Assembly (NCBI GenBank): GCA_965212005.1
Contig: OZ243038.1
Location: 2,103,981-2,167,980 of the forward strand
From: Candidatus Porifericomitaceae bacterium
GTDB lineage: Bacteria > Pseudomonadota > Gammaproteobacteria > Porifericomitales > Porifericomitaceae
Reading direction: 5' to 3'
Length of the DNA: 64,000 bases
This document shows positions 12,104 to 22,199 of this stretch, piece by piece; positions within the stretch are counted from its first letter, which is position 1, and every line of letters starts with the position of its first letter. A program made the translations under genes and the position numbers. Below the pieces are notes generated by a model. It was not told where the DNA came from. It ran no database searches and was given only the letters and a program-made list of their open reading frames with translations.

Positions 12104-13159
12104 CTACTCCTGTTTTATCACCGTCGGTGAAACGGAACGGCTTGCCGCGCGGCTGCAAGCCCTGGAGGTTGAGTGGGCCTGGCTGGCGCGAACAGGGTTG
12201 CCCATTGCGGCGTCTCGGGTGGACTCTCGGTCCAGAATATCCAGCGCGTACTGCATATCGTCAGGAGTTTTGCTGCCGTAGTGGAACCGTGAACCGTGGG
12301 CAGGATGGGGCAACTCCAGCTGGCAGGCGTGCAGCATTTGACGGCCGATGGCAGCGCTCAGTTCACGATCCGTCCCGGAACCGGCGGTGCGCGCCGCGCC
12401 GTACAGCGAGTCTCCGGCAACAGGGTGGCCCAAGTGCGCCAGGTGTACCCGAATCTGGTGCGTGCGCCCGGTTTCCAGCCGGATTTGCAGCAAGCTGTGC
12501 GTGCGCCAGTGCCGCAGCGTGCGGTAATGGGTCAGAGCCGGTTTTCCGTCCTCGCGCACCGCCATCTTCCGGCGCAGGACTGGATGGCGGCCTACGCCCG
12601 TCCCTATGCTGCCCTGTGCCGCGCTCAAAATGCCTTTGACCAGCGCCAGGTATTCTCGCCGGATCACCCGCTCCTTGAGTCTGGCTACGAGAAAAGCGTA
12701 GGCTTTTATGGTTTTCGCTATTGCCATCAAGCCGGACGTGTCTTTGTCCAGGCGATGCACGATTCCGGCCCGGGGCACGGCGCTGAGCCGTGGATCATGA
12801 TACAGCAGGGCGTTCAGGAGCGTGTGGGTGGGATTGCCGGCACCGGGATGGACGATCAGGCCGGCGGGTTTGTCGATAATCAGCAACTCCTCGTCTTCAT
12901 GCACGACGCACAGCGGGATGTTCTGTGCCATCCACGGCGGTTCTTGCTTGAAACAGGCCCGCAGGCAGACCTGCTCTCCTCCCTGCAAGCGCAGCCGCGT
13001 GGATGCCTTGCCTTGATTGAGGGTTACTTCCCCGGCGCGGATCCAATGCTGGATGCGCGCCCTCGAGTATTGCGGAAAGATGCAGGCCAGCGCCCGGTCC
13101 AGGCGCCAGCCGGCGTATTCTCCGGGGACGTGGGCTCTGAGCGATTCAATCTGACTCAT
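12104..13159 (-). CDS. rluD: 23S rRNA pseudouridine synthase RluD
   Basis: It has an S4-like N-terminus (GWRLDRALA...) and the RluA-family catalytic motif HRLDKDTSGLM. It is divergent from bamD, as in E. coli. The start is placed at MSQIESL...; the track start is 13231. Confidence 0.85.
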   Translation of the reverse strand: MSQIESLRAHVPGEYAGWRLDRALACIFPQYSRARIQHWIRAGEVTLNQGKASTRLRLQGGEQVCLRACFKQEPPWMAQNIPLCVVHEDEELLIIDKPAGLIVHPGAGNPTHTLLNALLYHDPRLSAVPRAGIVHRLDKDTSGLMAIAKTIKAYAFLVARLKERVIRREYLALVKGILSAAQGSIGTGVGRHPVLRRKMAVREDGKPALTHYRTLRHWRTHSLLQIRLETGRTHQIRVHLAHLGHPVAGDSLYGAARTAGSGTDRELSAAIGRQMLHACQLELPHPAHGSRFHYGSKTPDDMQYALDILDRESTRDAAMGNPVRASQAHSTSRACSRAASRSVSPTVIKQE

Positions 13160-13319
13160 GCGGATATTATCCCACGGTACGCTGGTTACTGCCAGTCTGC
13201 CGAGCGCGTCCCAGGCCTGCCTGGGACACATTCAGAACAGTGATCATTGGGCACTGCGGGCGCCGGTATTGCCGGATGCGCGTTGAGGTGTGCATGTTTT
13301 TATGGGATGATCATTATTA

Positions 13320-14087
13320 ATGTATTTGCGCACCGTCTTTCTTTCCAGTTTTTTGCTCCTTGCGGGTTGCGGCACTGGTGCCAAGGGCGGCACCGAGGGC
13401 TGGGACGCCGCGCGCCTGCTGTCGGAAGCCAGGGGGGCGATGAGCAGCGGCAACTACGAACGTGCCAAGGAATACTACCAGGGCCTGGAGAGCCGTTTCC
13501 CGTTCGGCGTATACGGGCAACAGGCCCTGCTGGATTTGGCCTACGTGTATTACAAGAGCGAAGAGCCGGAACGCGCCATTGAAACCTGCAACCGTTTTAT
13601 AGAACTCTACCCGCAGCATCCCCAGATAGATTACGCTTTTTACCTCGGCGGTTTGGCGAGTTTCTACCGGGGCCGGGGGTTGGCACAGCGCTTCCTGCTG
13701 CTGGATCCGTCACAGCGCTCCCCCGTCTCCAGTCTTGATTCCTTCGAGCGCCTGTTCGAGTTGGTGCGCCGCTTTCCAGATAGCAAGTATGCTCCCGATG
13801 CCCGGCAGCGCATGATTTACCTGCGCAACTTGTTGGCTGAGCATGAAATTGAGGTGGCCCATTACTACCTGCGGCGGCACGCGTATTTGGCCGCGGTCAA
13901 CCGGGCTCGGTACGTGGTGGAGAACTACCCGCGCAGCGCTTCCGTGCCGGATGCGTTGGCGCTGATGGCGCGCGCCTACCGGGTGTTGGGACTGGAGGGG
14001 CTGTCCAAGGACGTGCTGCGCGTGCTGCAATTGAACCACCCCGGCCACCCGGCGATCGCCGAGGTGGAAAGCATCCGCGTGCAATAG
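13320..14087 (+). CDS. bamD: outer-membrane protein assembly factor BamD (YfiO/ComL)
   Basis: 255 aa with lipobox LLLAGC and a TPR-like helical body (YERAKEYYQGLESRFPFG..., YYLRRHAYLAAVNRARYVVENYP). It is divergent from rluD. Confidence 0.85.
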   Translation: MYLRTVFLSSFLLLAGCGTGAKGGTEGWDAARLLSEARGAMSSGNYERAKEYYQGLESRFPFGVYGQQALLDLAYVYYKSEEPERAIETCNRFIELYPQHPQIDYAFYLGGLASFYRGRGLAQRFLLLDPSQRSPVSSLDSFERLFELVRRFPDSKYAPDARQRMIYLRNLLAEHEIEVAHYYLRRHAYLAAVNRARYVVENYPRSASVPDALALMARAYRVLGLEGLSKDVLRVLQLNHPGHPAIAEVESIRVQ

Positions 14088-14115
14088 GGCATCAGTCGCG
14101 CCTGGCCGGGCACAG

Positions 14116-15822
14116 TTAGTCCTCGCGGTAAGCCGAGCATATCGGGTAGCGCCGGTCCCGACCGAAACTGTGCGCCGAAATGCGCGCGCCGGGCGCACTT
14201 TGGCGCCGCTTATATTCGTTGCTGCGCACGCGCTCCACGATCCAGCGGACGGTATCGACCGGGAAGCCGGTTTGCCTGGTGATTTGCGCCGGACTTTGAT
14301 CCTGCTCCAGGTGCAGCTTCAGCACCTCGTCCAGGATCTCGTACGGGGGCAGACTGTCCTGGTCGGTTTGGTTCGGCCTGAGTTCCGCACTGGGGGGACG
14401 CTGCAGGATGCGCTCCGGGATATGCCCCCCGTCACGGTTGTACCAGCGCGCCAGCGCATATACAAAGCCCTTGTACACGTCTTTCAAAGGCGCGTAGCCG
14501 CCAACCATGTCCCCGTACAACGTAGCGTAGCCGATCGCTGCCTCACTTTTGTTGCTGGTAGCCAGCACCAGTTTCCCGCCGCGGTTGGAGAGCGCCATCA
14601 ACAGAGTTCCCCGACAGCGTGCCTGCAGGTTTTCTGCTGCAACGTCGGTCCCGCTGGCTGGACACAGTTCCTGCAATGCCTGCAGGAAGTTGCTGTAGAG
14701 CGGCTCTATGGAGGCCAGCCGATGCTTAACGCCCAGGCGCCCCGCCAGCGCCTGGGCGTCCTCTATGCTCATTGGGGCAGTGTGGCGCGAAGGCATCAGC
14801 AGCGCCTCCACGTTTTCAGGGCCGAGTGCATCCGCCGCAAGGCACAGGGTAACAGCGGAGTCGACGCCTCCGGACAGTCCGACCAACGCCTCGCTGAAGC
14901 CGCTTTTGCGCGCGTAGTCGCGGATGCCGACGGTCAGTGCCTGGTAGACGCTGGCTTCAGACGCCGGCAACGGCGCAATGGCTCCTTCTGCCAGGAACAC
15001 TGTGTTGCCCGGCCCGCGACGGCATTCCACCAGGTGGGTGCTTTCCTCGAACTGCGGGGCGCGCATCCTGAGATTTCCCGAACCATCCAGCGCCATGGAG
15101 GCACCATCAAAGATTAAATCGTCCTGGGCACCTGTCATATTGACGTGGATGATGGGCAGCGCGGTCTCGCGGCTGCGTTGCCGCAGCTCCTGTTCCCGTT
15201 CCAGGACTTTACCCAGGTAATAAGGGGACGCGCTCGGATTTAAGATCAGTTCCGCGCCTGCCTGGCGGATGCCGAGGGCGGGTTCTTTGTGACAGAGGTC
15301 TTCACAGATCGTGACGGCGACGCGAAATCCATTGATCTCTGCCATGCAGATGCGTCCTCCGGGCTGAAAATTGCGCGGCTCATCAAATACCTCGTAATTC
15401 GGCAGTTTGCACTTATAGTAGGTGAGGGGTCGCTCGCCGTGCATCAGTAGGCTGCAGGCGTTGTAGATTATCCCGTCCCGGGTTTTTTCTGGATGCCCGA
15501 CCAGCAGGCAGGCTTCCTGCGTCTGCCGCTGTATACGCGCCAGTGCGCGGCACACCTGCCGGCGCAGTGCGGGGCGCTGCAATAAGTCATCCAGCGGGTA
15601 GCCGCACAGGCTGAGTTCGGGAAAGATCACCAAGTCAGCCTGGTGCCGGCGGCAGGCGCTGTGGGTCAGCTGGACAATGCGCTCGGCGTTGCCTTCCAGG
15701 TCTCCGACCACGGCGTTGAACTGCACCAGGGCGATGCGCAGTGTCGGCGTCGATGGTTGCCCGGGAGGACGCTGGTCGCTTTTGCCAAACTGCACCTCAG
15801 TCTGCCGCACCATTTCCACCAT
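14116..15822 (-). CDS. nadE: glutamine-dependent NAD+ synthetase
   Basis: 568 aa. An N-terminal CN-hydrolase domain (FPELSLCGY, VTICEDL) is fused to the NAD synthetase PP-loop GLSGGVDSAV. Confidence 0.9.
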   Translation of the reverse strand: MVEMVRQTEVQFGKSDQRPPGQPSTPTLRIALVQFNAVVGDLEGNAERIVQLTHSACRRHQADLVIFPELSLCGYPLDDLLQRPALRRQVCRALARIQRQTQEACLLVGHPEKTRDGIIYNACSLLMHGERPLTYYKCKLPNYEVFDEPRNFQPGGRICMAEINGFRVAVTICEDLCHKEPALGIRQAGAELILNPSASPYYLGKVLEREQELRQRSRETALPIIHVNMTGAQDDLIFDGASMALDGSGNLRMRAPQFEESTHLVECRRGPGNTVFLAEGAIAPLPASEASVYQALTVGIRDYARKSGFSEALVGLSGGVDSAVTLCLAADALGPENVEALLMPSRHTAPMSIEDAQALAGRLGVKHRLASIEPLYSNFLQALQELCPASGTDVAAENLQARCRGTLLMALSNRGGKLVLATSNKSEAAIGYATLYGDMVGGYAPLKDVYKGFVYALARWYNRDGGHIPERILQRPPSAELRPNQTDQDSLPPYEILDEVLKLHLEQDQSPAQITRQTGFPVDTVRWIVERVRSNEYKRRQSAPGARISAHSFGRDRRYPICSAYRED

Positions 15823-16008
15823 CGGCAGCTCGTCCGATTACCGATCGAAAGTTGATTTCATCTTCTTGGCGCAGTGTGCCAGGCAGGACTGACCGGTTCT
15901 ATTACGGGTTCGCGGTGTGCGCTCGCTCTTCCTGGAGGCGTCGCGACCCCGCTCAGCCGCTGGTGCCCGCAAAAATCCGGGGCACAGTCGTGCGCCGAAG
16001 GACGCAGT

Positions 16009-16887
16009 TTAGCTTTCCCCGAGCAACTCGGCCATGGCTTTCCCCAGTTCGGTTGGGGAGCGCACGGTAACGGCGCCGGCTTTTTCTAACGCACGGTACT
16101 TGCCGTCGGCAGCGCCTTTGCCGGCAGAGATGATTGCTCCGGCATGTCCCATGCGCTTGCCCGGAGGCGCCGTGACGCCGGCAATATAGGCAACGACCGG
16201 TTTACTGACGTCGGATTGGATATACTCCGCAGCCTCTTCTTCGGCACTGCCCCCGATCTCTCCGACCAGGATGACGCCGTGCGTGTCGGGATCTTGTTGA
16301 AACAGTTTCAGGCAGTCGATGAAATTCATGCCGTGAATAGGATCGCCGCCGACCCCGACGCAGCTGCTTTGTCCAAGGTGGTTGCCGCTGGTTTGATGCA
16401 CCGCCTCATAGGTCAGTGTACCGGAACGCGAGACGATACCTACGCTGCCGGGCTGATGAATCTCTGCGGGCATGATGCCGATCTTGCATTGGCCGGGGGT
16501 AATGACGCCGGGACAATTGGGGCCGACCAGGCGGGTTTGCGGTGCGTGCTCAAGCATGGCCCGTACCCGAACCATGTCCAAAATGGGGATGCCCTCGGTA
16601 ATGCATACGATTACGCGCAATTGAGCATCCACCGCTTCCAGAATGGCGTCGGCGGCGGCGGCTGCGGGTACGAAGATCACGCTGGCATCGGCACCGGTCT
16701 GAGCGACGCCTTCCGACACGGTATTAAAGACCGGCAGTCCCAGGTGGGCCTGCCCACCGCGTCCCGGCGTGACGCCGCCGACCAGTTGGGTTCCGTAATC
16801 GAGCGCCTGCTGACAGTGGAAACTAGCCTGCCGACCGGTAAATCCCTGGCACAGCACGCGGGTGTTCCGATCGATCAGGATGCTCAT
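16009..16887 (-). CDS. sucD: succinyl-CoA synthetase alpha subunit
   Basis: 292 aa. It has ...VLCQGFTG...[11 protein letters not shown]... and the phosphohistidine loop MGHAGAIIS. Confidence 0.95.
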   Translation of the reverse strand: MSILIDRNTRVLCQGFTGRQASFHCQQALDYGTQLVGGVTPGRGGQAHLGLPVFNTVSEGVAQTGADASVIFVPAAAAADAILEAVDAQLRVIVCITEGIPILDMVRVRAMLEHAPQTRLVGPNCPGVITPGQCKIGIMPAEIHQPGSVGIVSRSGTLTYEAVHQTSGNHLGQSSCVGVGGDPIHGMNFIDCLKLFQQDPDTHGVILVGEIGGSAEEEAAEYIQSDVSKPVVAYIAGVTAPPGKRMGHAGAIISAGKGAADGKYRALEKAGAVTVRSPTELGKAMAELLGES

Positions 16888-18050
16888 CAGGTTATTGCCG
16901 CGCGTACGGCTTGGGTCGCCGCGTCGTCCAGGTTCTGCGCGGCGGTAATGCGCAGTCCACTTTGCTCCAGAAGCCGCCTGCCTTCCTGCACTTGGGTGCC
17001 TTCCAGGCGAACCACGATCGGGACCTGGATGCCAATCTGCGATACGGCCTCGATAATGCCCTGCGCAATCAGGTCACAGCGTACAATGCCGCCGAAGATA
17101 TTCACCAGGATTGCCTTGACGCCGGGATCGCCGGTAATGATTTTGCAGGCTTCGGATACGCGCTCGACAGTGGCGCCGCCGCCCACGTCCAGAAAGTTGG
17201 CCGGGTTGCCGCCGTGTAGTTTGATGATGTCCATCGTGGCCATCGCCAGACCGGCGCCGTTGACCATGCAACCGATGTTGCCGTCCATTGCCACGTAGTT
17301 CAGATCAAAGCGCTTCGCCGCTGCCTCGCGTTCGTCTTCCTGGCTCGGATCCTTCCACTCCGCCAGAGTGCTCTGACGGAACAGGGCGTTGTCGTCAATA
17401 CTCAGCTTGGCGTCCAGTGCCTGTAGTTCACCCGCCTTGTTGAGAATCAGCGGATTGATTTCGACCAGGGTGAGGTCTTTTTCCTGGAACATGCGGTACA
17501 TAGCCTGCAGCAGCTGAGAGAGCTGGGAGCGTTGCCGTGCGTCCAAGTCCAATGCAAAGCCGATCTGGCGGCACTGGTGGGGTTGCAGCCCCAGCGCCGG
17601 CTCAATGGCCATTGTGTGGATTTGTTCCGGCGTTTGGGCCGCTACTTCCTCGATGTCCATGCCTCCGGCCGACGAGGCCACGGCAACCACCCGCCGCCGG
17701 CTTCGATCCACCAGCATACCCAGGTACAACTCGCGCGCAATTTCCGCTTTGCCCTGGATCAGCACGCAGTGTACCGGTTGCCCGTCCGGGGCGGACTGCC
17801 GCGTGACCAACCGCGTACCGAGCATGCCGCGTACGCATTCTTCCAATTCCGTCCGCCCTTCGACTAGTTTGACCCCGCCTGCCTTGCCACGACCGCCGGC
17901 GTGAACCTGGGCCTTGACTACCCATTGATTGCCTCCCAATTCATCGGCATTCCTGTTCGCTTCCCGAATACTGAACGCCGGTTTCCCCGGCGGGCAGGGA
18001 ATGCCGTACCCTTCCATCAGTTTTTGGGCTTGATACTCGTGCAGGTTCAT
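16887..18050 (-). CDS. sucC: succinyl-CoA synthetase beta subunit
   Basis: 387 aa. It begins [12 protein letters not shown]... and carries the ATP-grasp motif [12 protein letters not shown]. There is an ATGA stop/start overlap with sucD at 16887. Confidence 0.95.
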   Translation of the reverse strand: MNLHEYQAQKLMEGYGIPCPPGKPAFSIREANRNADELGGNQWVVKAQVHAGGRGKAGGVKLVEGRTELEECVRGMLGTRLVTRQSAPDGQPVHCVLIQGKAEIARELYLGMLVDRSRRRVVAVASSAGGMDIEEVAAQTPEQIHTMAIEPALGLQPHQCRQIGFALDLDARQRSQLSQLLQAMYRMFQEKDLTLVEINPLILNKAGELQALDAKLSIDDNALFRQSTLAEWKDPSQEDEREAAAKRFDLNYVAMDGNIGCMVNGAGLAMATMDIIKLHGGNPANFLDVGGGATVERVSEACKIITGDPGVKAILVNIFGGIVRCDLIAQGIIEAVSQIGIQVPIVVRLEGTQVQEGRRLLEQSGLRITAAQNLDDAATQAVRAAIT

Positions 18051-18761
18051 TAGCCGTCACTGCCGTTTGGGACGGGTACCGCTGCTGCAGTTGCGTGAGG
18101 CGCAAGCGCACGGTTGCAGGGCGGGAGATCAGGGAACATCAGCTTGTCGGGACTCTTCATTCAAGGCGGTTATTGTAGCACGCGGCGCGCCCTGCTCAAG
18201 AATCGTTCCGGCCCGTGTGTGATAACCATGTACGGAAAAGCAAGGATCGCGCCGCCGATCCGCCTCGGCCTGCGCCGGGAAGCGGGGCGCACGGCGGTGG
18301 TACGCAACCGGCAGCGTGTCACCGCAAGCATGGCCATATTGTCCATGCCTGCCCGCTCATGCCTCAGCGGCATCGCCACTGGCATTTTATTGTTTTCCGT
18401 TAGCATGTTAGAATCAGACCTGATTTATAAGCTGGGGAGGTCGCCACGTTCGCAAAGATGCGATGCTCGGCAGAGCAAGCCCTCTGATCCGACCGGCGGC
18501 CTGCTGAGACGCAGACGCTGATGTTCGCGCTTTTCCTGGCAGGATGTTACCCGCCTTTAGCTTTTTCTGAACGAGCACTCCCAACTAACTGTACAGTATG
18601 CCGCTACGGGAATCATTGATCAGCCTGCCCCTGCAAAGCAGGCTGCGCGCAGGCCTGCCGGTACGCGATGGATGCATGCTGTCCCAGGCATGTTCTCGGT
18701 TGCGCCTGCATTGGCGCAGAGCCATTGCCGACACCGGCCCGCGCAGTCCATCCGTTGTTGA

Positions 18762-21700
18762 ATGAGAAGCACGGGAGACGGCGTGGAAATACTCGCAACA
18801 ATGCCCAAGCTGATTTCTTATCGGCAGTTGGTGTACTTTGTCACCGTACTGACCGGTTTCTGCGCTCTTTGTGCGCAGGTGGTATGGCAGCGGTACCTGT
18901 CCGTGCTGGTCGGCAGCGAGGCGCGCTCTCTCACTCTGGTGGTAGCCGTTTTTCTGCTCGGACTCGCTTCCGGCTACTATGTATTCGGTCGCCTTACCGA
19001 GCGCAAGTGGTCCCGTTTCTGGTTGCTGAAGATCTACGGATACACCGAGCTTCTCACGGGCCTGTACATATTTTTCTTTTATCTCTATTTTGACGTATTG
19101 AAGGCACTCAGCTTCCAGGGGCCGAGTCACTTGCTGTTTGATCTGCTGATTTCTTTTTTGGCTCTGCTGTTGCCGACTTTTCTGATGGGAGCTTCTATTC
19201 CCGTGTTGACCACCGTCTTACCGGAGAATTCCCGGGAGATCAGTTTCATTCATTCCCGCGTTTACGGCTGGAACACTTTAGGCGCTTTTGGAGGAGCGTT
19301 GATCTCGGGATTCTTCTTGTTGCCCACTTTCGGCCTGCCGTTAACGTTAATGATCGCGGGGTCGTTAAACGTGCTGGCTTCCCTGGTTTATATAGGCAAT
19401 AAGCTGGATGGAGCGGTGCATCGGCAGGAAGCTCCTCCCGTATTGCCCTCGGAAGCTCCCAACTGGTTCTATCTGCTATTTACCTTCTTTGCCGGCGGGG
19501 TCATCGTTTCTTTTGAGATCCTGCTCGTTCGCGTGCTGAATCTGAGTATAGGCGCCGGGATTTACAATTTCCCAATGATTTTATCCATTTTCGTCGGTGC
19601 CTTGGCCGTGGGCAGCCTGTCATTGAAAGGACGGGAATTTTCCGTCGATTTTTTAATTCGGCAGGTACTGATCACGCTGGGTTTACTGGGGGTGCTTTAC
19701 GTTACCGCACCGTACTGGTCGATATGGCTGAGTCACGTGCGCATAAGCATGGCAACGCTACCCTCCAACTACTACGTCTACAAAGTGTTAGTTTATCTTT
19801 TTCTGCTGCTGTTCCTGGCCCCGGCCATATTCTTCATGGGCCGGCTGCTTCCGTTGGTTTATGCCTTGTTGCGCAAGGACCAGGACAACTACGGACGGGT
19901 GTGCGGTCAACTGTATTTCTTTAACACGCTGGGAACGGTTTTGGGAACCGTTCTGATCGGTTACCTGGCTTTCTACTGGCTGGATTTGGACCAGCTTTTC
20001 ATGACGAACCTGTTTGTATTGCTCGGCTTGTGCCTGGCAGTTTCGCTTTTCGAGAAGAGAAGGCTCTCTGTTGCGCTGTCCGCCGCGTTGGCCGTGACAC
20101 TTATCGCCCTGCCTGGCTGGGACAGGGCCGGGCATTATATCGGGTATTTCCGCAATGTTGCCCAGACTCCGGAATACTTTAAGGACATATTTTATTTGCC
20201 GTCCGATGAGCGCAACGAGGTCTTGTTTTTTGAGGACGGCCCGAACACCACGACCACCATACTGCGCGATACCAGCAACTCCAAGCAGTATGATCAGCGC
20301 GACGCCCGCCTGAGGAAACTGTTTCCAGACTTTCAATACAATTACTCTTTGGTTGTGAATGGAAAATCCGACGGATCCCTGATCGGCGATTTCTCCACCA
20401 TGATGTTGACCGCTTCGCTGCCTTACCTGCACGCGCCTGCCCGGCCGCGGCTGTCCGCGGCCGTGATCGGACTGGGGACGGGAGTGACCGCCGGTGCGCT
20501 GGGACGACTGGATGACGTAGAGCAAGTAGTGGTGTTGGAGATCTCGTCCAAGGTGGCAGATGGGATCCGCCAGGTGAAATCCTCCAATTTTGACCCGCTT
20601 TCGAATCCGAAAGTACAGTTGATTGAGAGCGATGCCTTCAGATATTTCACCAAAAGCAGGCAGCAGTTCGATTTCATTGTCTCTGAACCGAGCAATCCCT
20701 GGGTGACGGGAGTGGAAAATTTATTTTCCCGCGACTTTTACCAGCTTGTGTCCGAATCCCTGTCCGAGGGCGGCGTACTGTGCCAGTGGTTGCAGTTCTA
20801 TGAGTTTAGTGCGGACACGATGAGGATGGTGTTTAATACCTTGAAACAGGAATTTCGCTACGTGGAAGCATACAAAGTCGCCAACGGAGACTTGTTGCTT
20901 TTGTCCAGCCATGAGCCTTTGAATATCCGTGCGGAAAGATTTTCCTCCCCTTTTCTGCGCCCGATACATCGGGCCCTGGGATTGCGCAACGTGCGGGAAC
21001 TGGAACTGCTGCGGGTTTATGATTGGGAAAGGCTCTCGCGGGGGGTGGCGATCGCGGAGCAAGTTGAGCACACCTTGGTTAATCCCAAGCTGACCTACAA
21101 GGCTGACAGGGCCTTTTTCATGCGTCAATCCGTTGATCCCTGGGAAATTTATCCGTCTTACCTGATGGTGTCCCCGGCCCGGCAACGCGAGCGGGCGCAG
21201 ATTGTAGAAGCGTACATGGATTCCTTGAGTGTCGATCCTGGTCTGGATCCATGGGTGGACGCCGATGAATTAGAACCGGCACCGGACTCCGGGCCGGATG
21301 ATGCCACTCGGCAGGCCGGCCTGGCGCCGGAAGAGGAGCCAAAGCAGCAGGATGTTTCTGAATCAGTAAAGAAGATGATCAAGCAGGTCGAAAAAAGATG
21401 TATGCCATTGGCAGGGTACCATTTTTTTTGTGCTCACATGAAGGACATCATTACCGATCTATTTGTCTATAATGACTCCTATCGAGACGTCTATTACCGG
21501 TTTATTTCCTACCATAATTTGAGGAGGCAGGGACTGCTCCCCCACGAAGGAGCTTTTTTGCAGGAAGTAAGGACCGCCATTCTCGATGACGCCGTACTGG
21601 AGCCATTCCGCCTAATCGGCTACTACGCCGATCACCTTCTCTCCCAGGGGCAATTTGATCAGGCACGCCAGGACGTGGAATTGTTCAAGCAGCGGGAACT

Positions 21701-21764
21701 GCTGGAGGATAAAGATTATGCCTGGCTTAAAGCGCGCATCGAAGGGGTTGCCGAGCAAGGTTAG
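18762..21764 (+). CDS. fused polytopic membrane / spermidine-synthase-like (class I methyltransferase-fold) protein with a long C-terminal extension
   Basis: 1000 aa with about 12 or more hydrophobic helices in the first ~470 aa. Then comes VIGLGTGVTAG...VVVLEIS...SDAFRYF...FDFIVSEPSNPW...LFSRDFY (SpeE-like). An acidic linker (DADELEPAPDSGPDD...EEEPKQQD) and a helical tail follow. An alternative start is MPKLISY at 18801. Confidence 0.7.
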   Translation: MRSTGDGVEILATMPKLISYRQLVYFVTVLTGFCALCAQVVWQRYLSVLVGSEARSLTLVVAVFLLGLASGYYVFGRLTERKWSRFWLLKIYGYTELLTGLYIFFFYLYFDVLKALSFQGPSHLLFDLLISFLALLLPTFLMGASIPVLTTVLPENSREISFIHSRVYGWNTLGAFGGALISGFFLLPTFGLPLTLMIAGSLNVLASLVYIGNKLDGAVHRQEAPPVLPSEAPNWFYLLFTFFAGGVIVSFEILLVRVLNLSIGAGIYNFPMILSIFVGALAVGSLSLKGREFSVDFLIRQVLITLGLLGVLYVTAPYWSIWLSHVRISMATLPSNYYVYKVLVYLFLLLFLAPAIFFMGRLLPLVYALLRKDQDNYGRVCGQLYFFNTLGTVLGTVLIGYLAFYWLDLDQLFMTNLFVLLGLCLAVSLFEKRRLSVALSAALAVTLIALPGWDRAGHYIGYFRNVAQTPEYFKDIFYLPSDERNEVLFFEDGPNTTTTILRDTSNSKQYDQRDARLRKLFPDFQYNYSLVVNGKSDGSLIGDFSTMMLTASLPYLHAPARPRLSAAVIGLGTGVTAGALGRLDDVEQVVVLEISSKVADGIRQVKSSNFDPLSNPKVQLIESDAFRYFTKSRQQFDFIVSEPSNPWVTGVENLFSRDFYQLVSESLSEGGVLCQWLQFYEFSADTMRMVFNTLKQEFRYVEAYKVANGDLLLLSSHEPLNIRAERFSSPFLRPIHRALGLRNVRELELLRVYDWERLSRGVAIAEQVEHTLVNPKLTYKADRAFFMRQSVDPWEIYPSYLMVSPARQRERAQIVEAYMDSLSVDPGLDPWVDADELEPAPDSGPDDATRQAGLAPEEEPKQQDVSESVKKMIKQVEKRCMPLAGYHFFCAHMKDIITDLFVYNDSYRDVYYRFISYHNLRRQGLLPHEGAFLQEVRTAILDDAVLEPFRLIGYYADHLLSQGQFDQARQDVELFKQRELLEDKDYAWLKARIEGVAEQG

Positions 21765-22199
21765 GGACCAGGGACGTGTTCCTGGCCTGTCGCTACGCAC
21801 CAGGATGCCTGGTTACGTTATAATTGCTTTACTTGTCCCGCATTTTTACTGGGATGTATGCCGGACCGGCAGGCGGTGCCAGGCGCGCCAGGCATCGTCC
21901 GTGCGCAAGCCCTGATTCATGCGGGACTGGAGCAGGTGTAAATGGGTGCTCCGCCCTGTTCAACGGCTGATTTCAGTGATTGCAAACATGCCATTGCATT
22001 AAGGTAATAAGGTAATAAGGAACACGAGAGCCATGAATATCAGGAGAACCTCGCTCGGAGCATTTATGGACGTCAACGGTTCAGTGGGTTTCTTGAACGG
22101 GAGGGCGCGGGCTTCCTGTGCTGGTCCCTGTATGCAGAAAGAACCGGTTGCCCGGCGTGCGCTGCCCGGCGAACGCGGATTCTGAATAAGATCGAGACA

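Noticed and set aside
16144-17298. 384-aa plus-strand ORF across sucD/sucC. Similar long antisense ORFs occur at 49201..50484 (sulfite reductase), 62398..63468 (S8 protease), 12296..13243 (rluD), 14170..15117 (nadE), 29500..30507 (mutY) and 52913..53929 (radical SAM).
   Set aside because: All of them lie opposite genes with unambiguous family motifs, are low-complexity and Arg/Ala/Gly-rich, and lack start-site support. I treat them as GC-driven shadow ORFs.
21890-21905. Weak sigma-54-like AGGCATcgtccGTGCg ~300 nt upstream of pilS.
   Set aside because: Both the -24 and -12 elements are degenerate (AGGCAT, GTGC), and pilS is not known to need RpoN.
22001-22020. aaggtaat-aaggtaat-aagg micro-repeat. 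I also checked the whole window for CRISPR-like spaced repeats.
   Set aside because: It is only 2.5 units of 8 bp with no spacers. No CRISPR-like periodic repeat structure was seen anywhere in the window.
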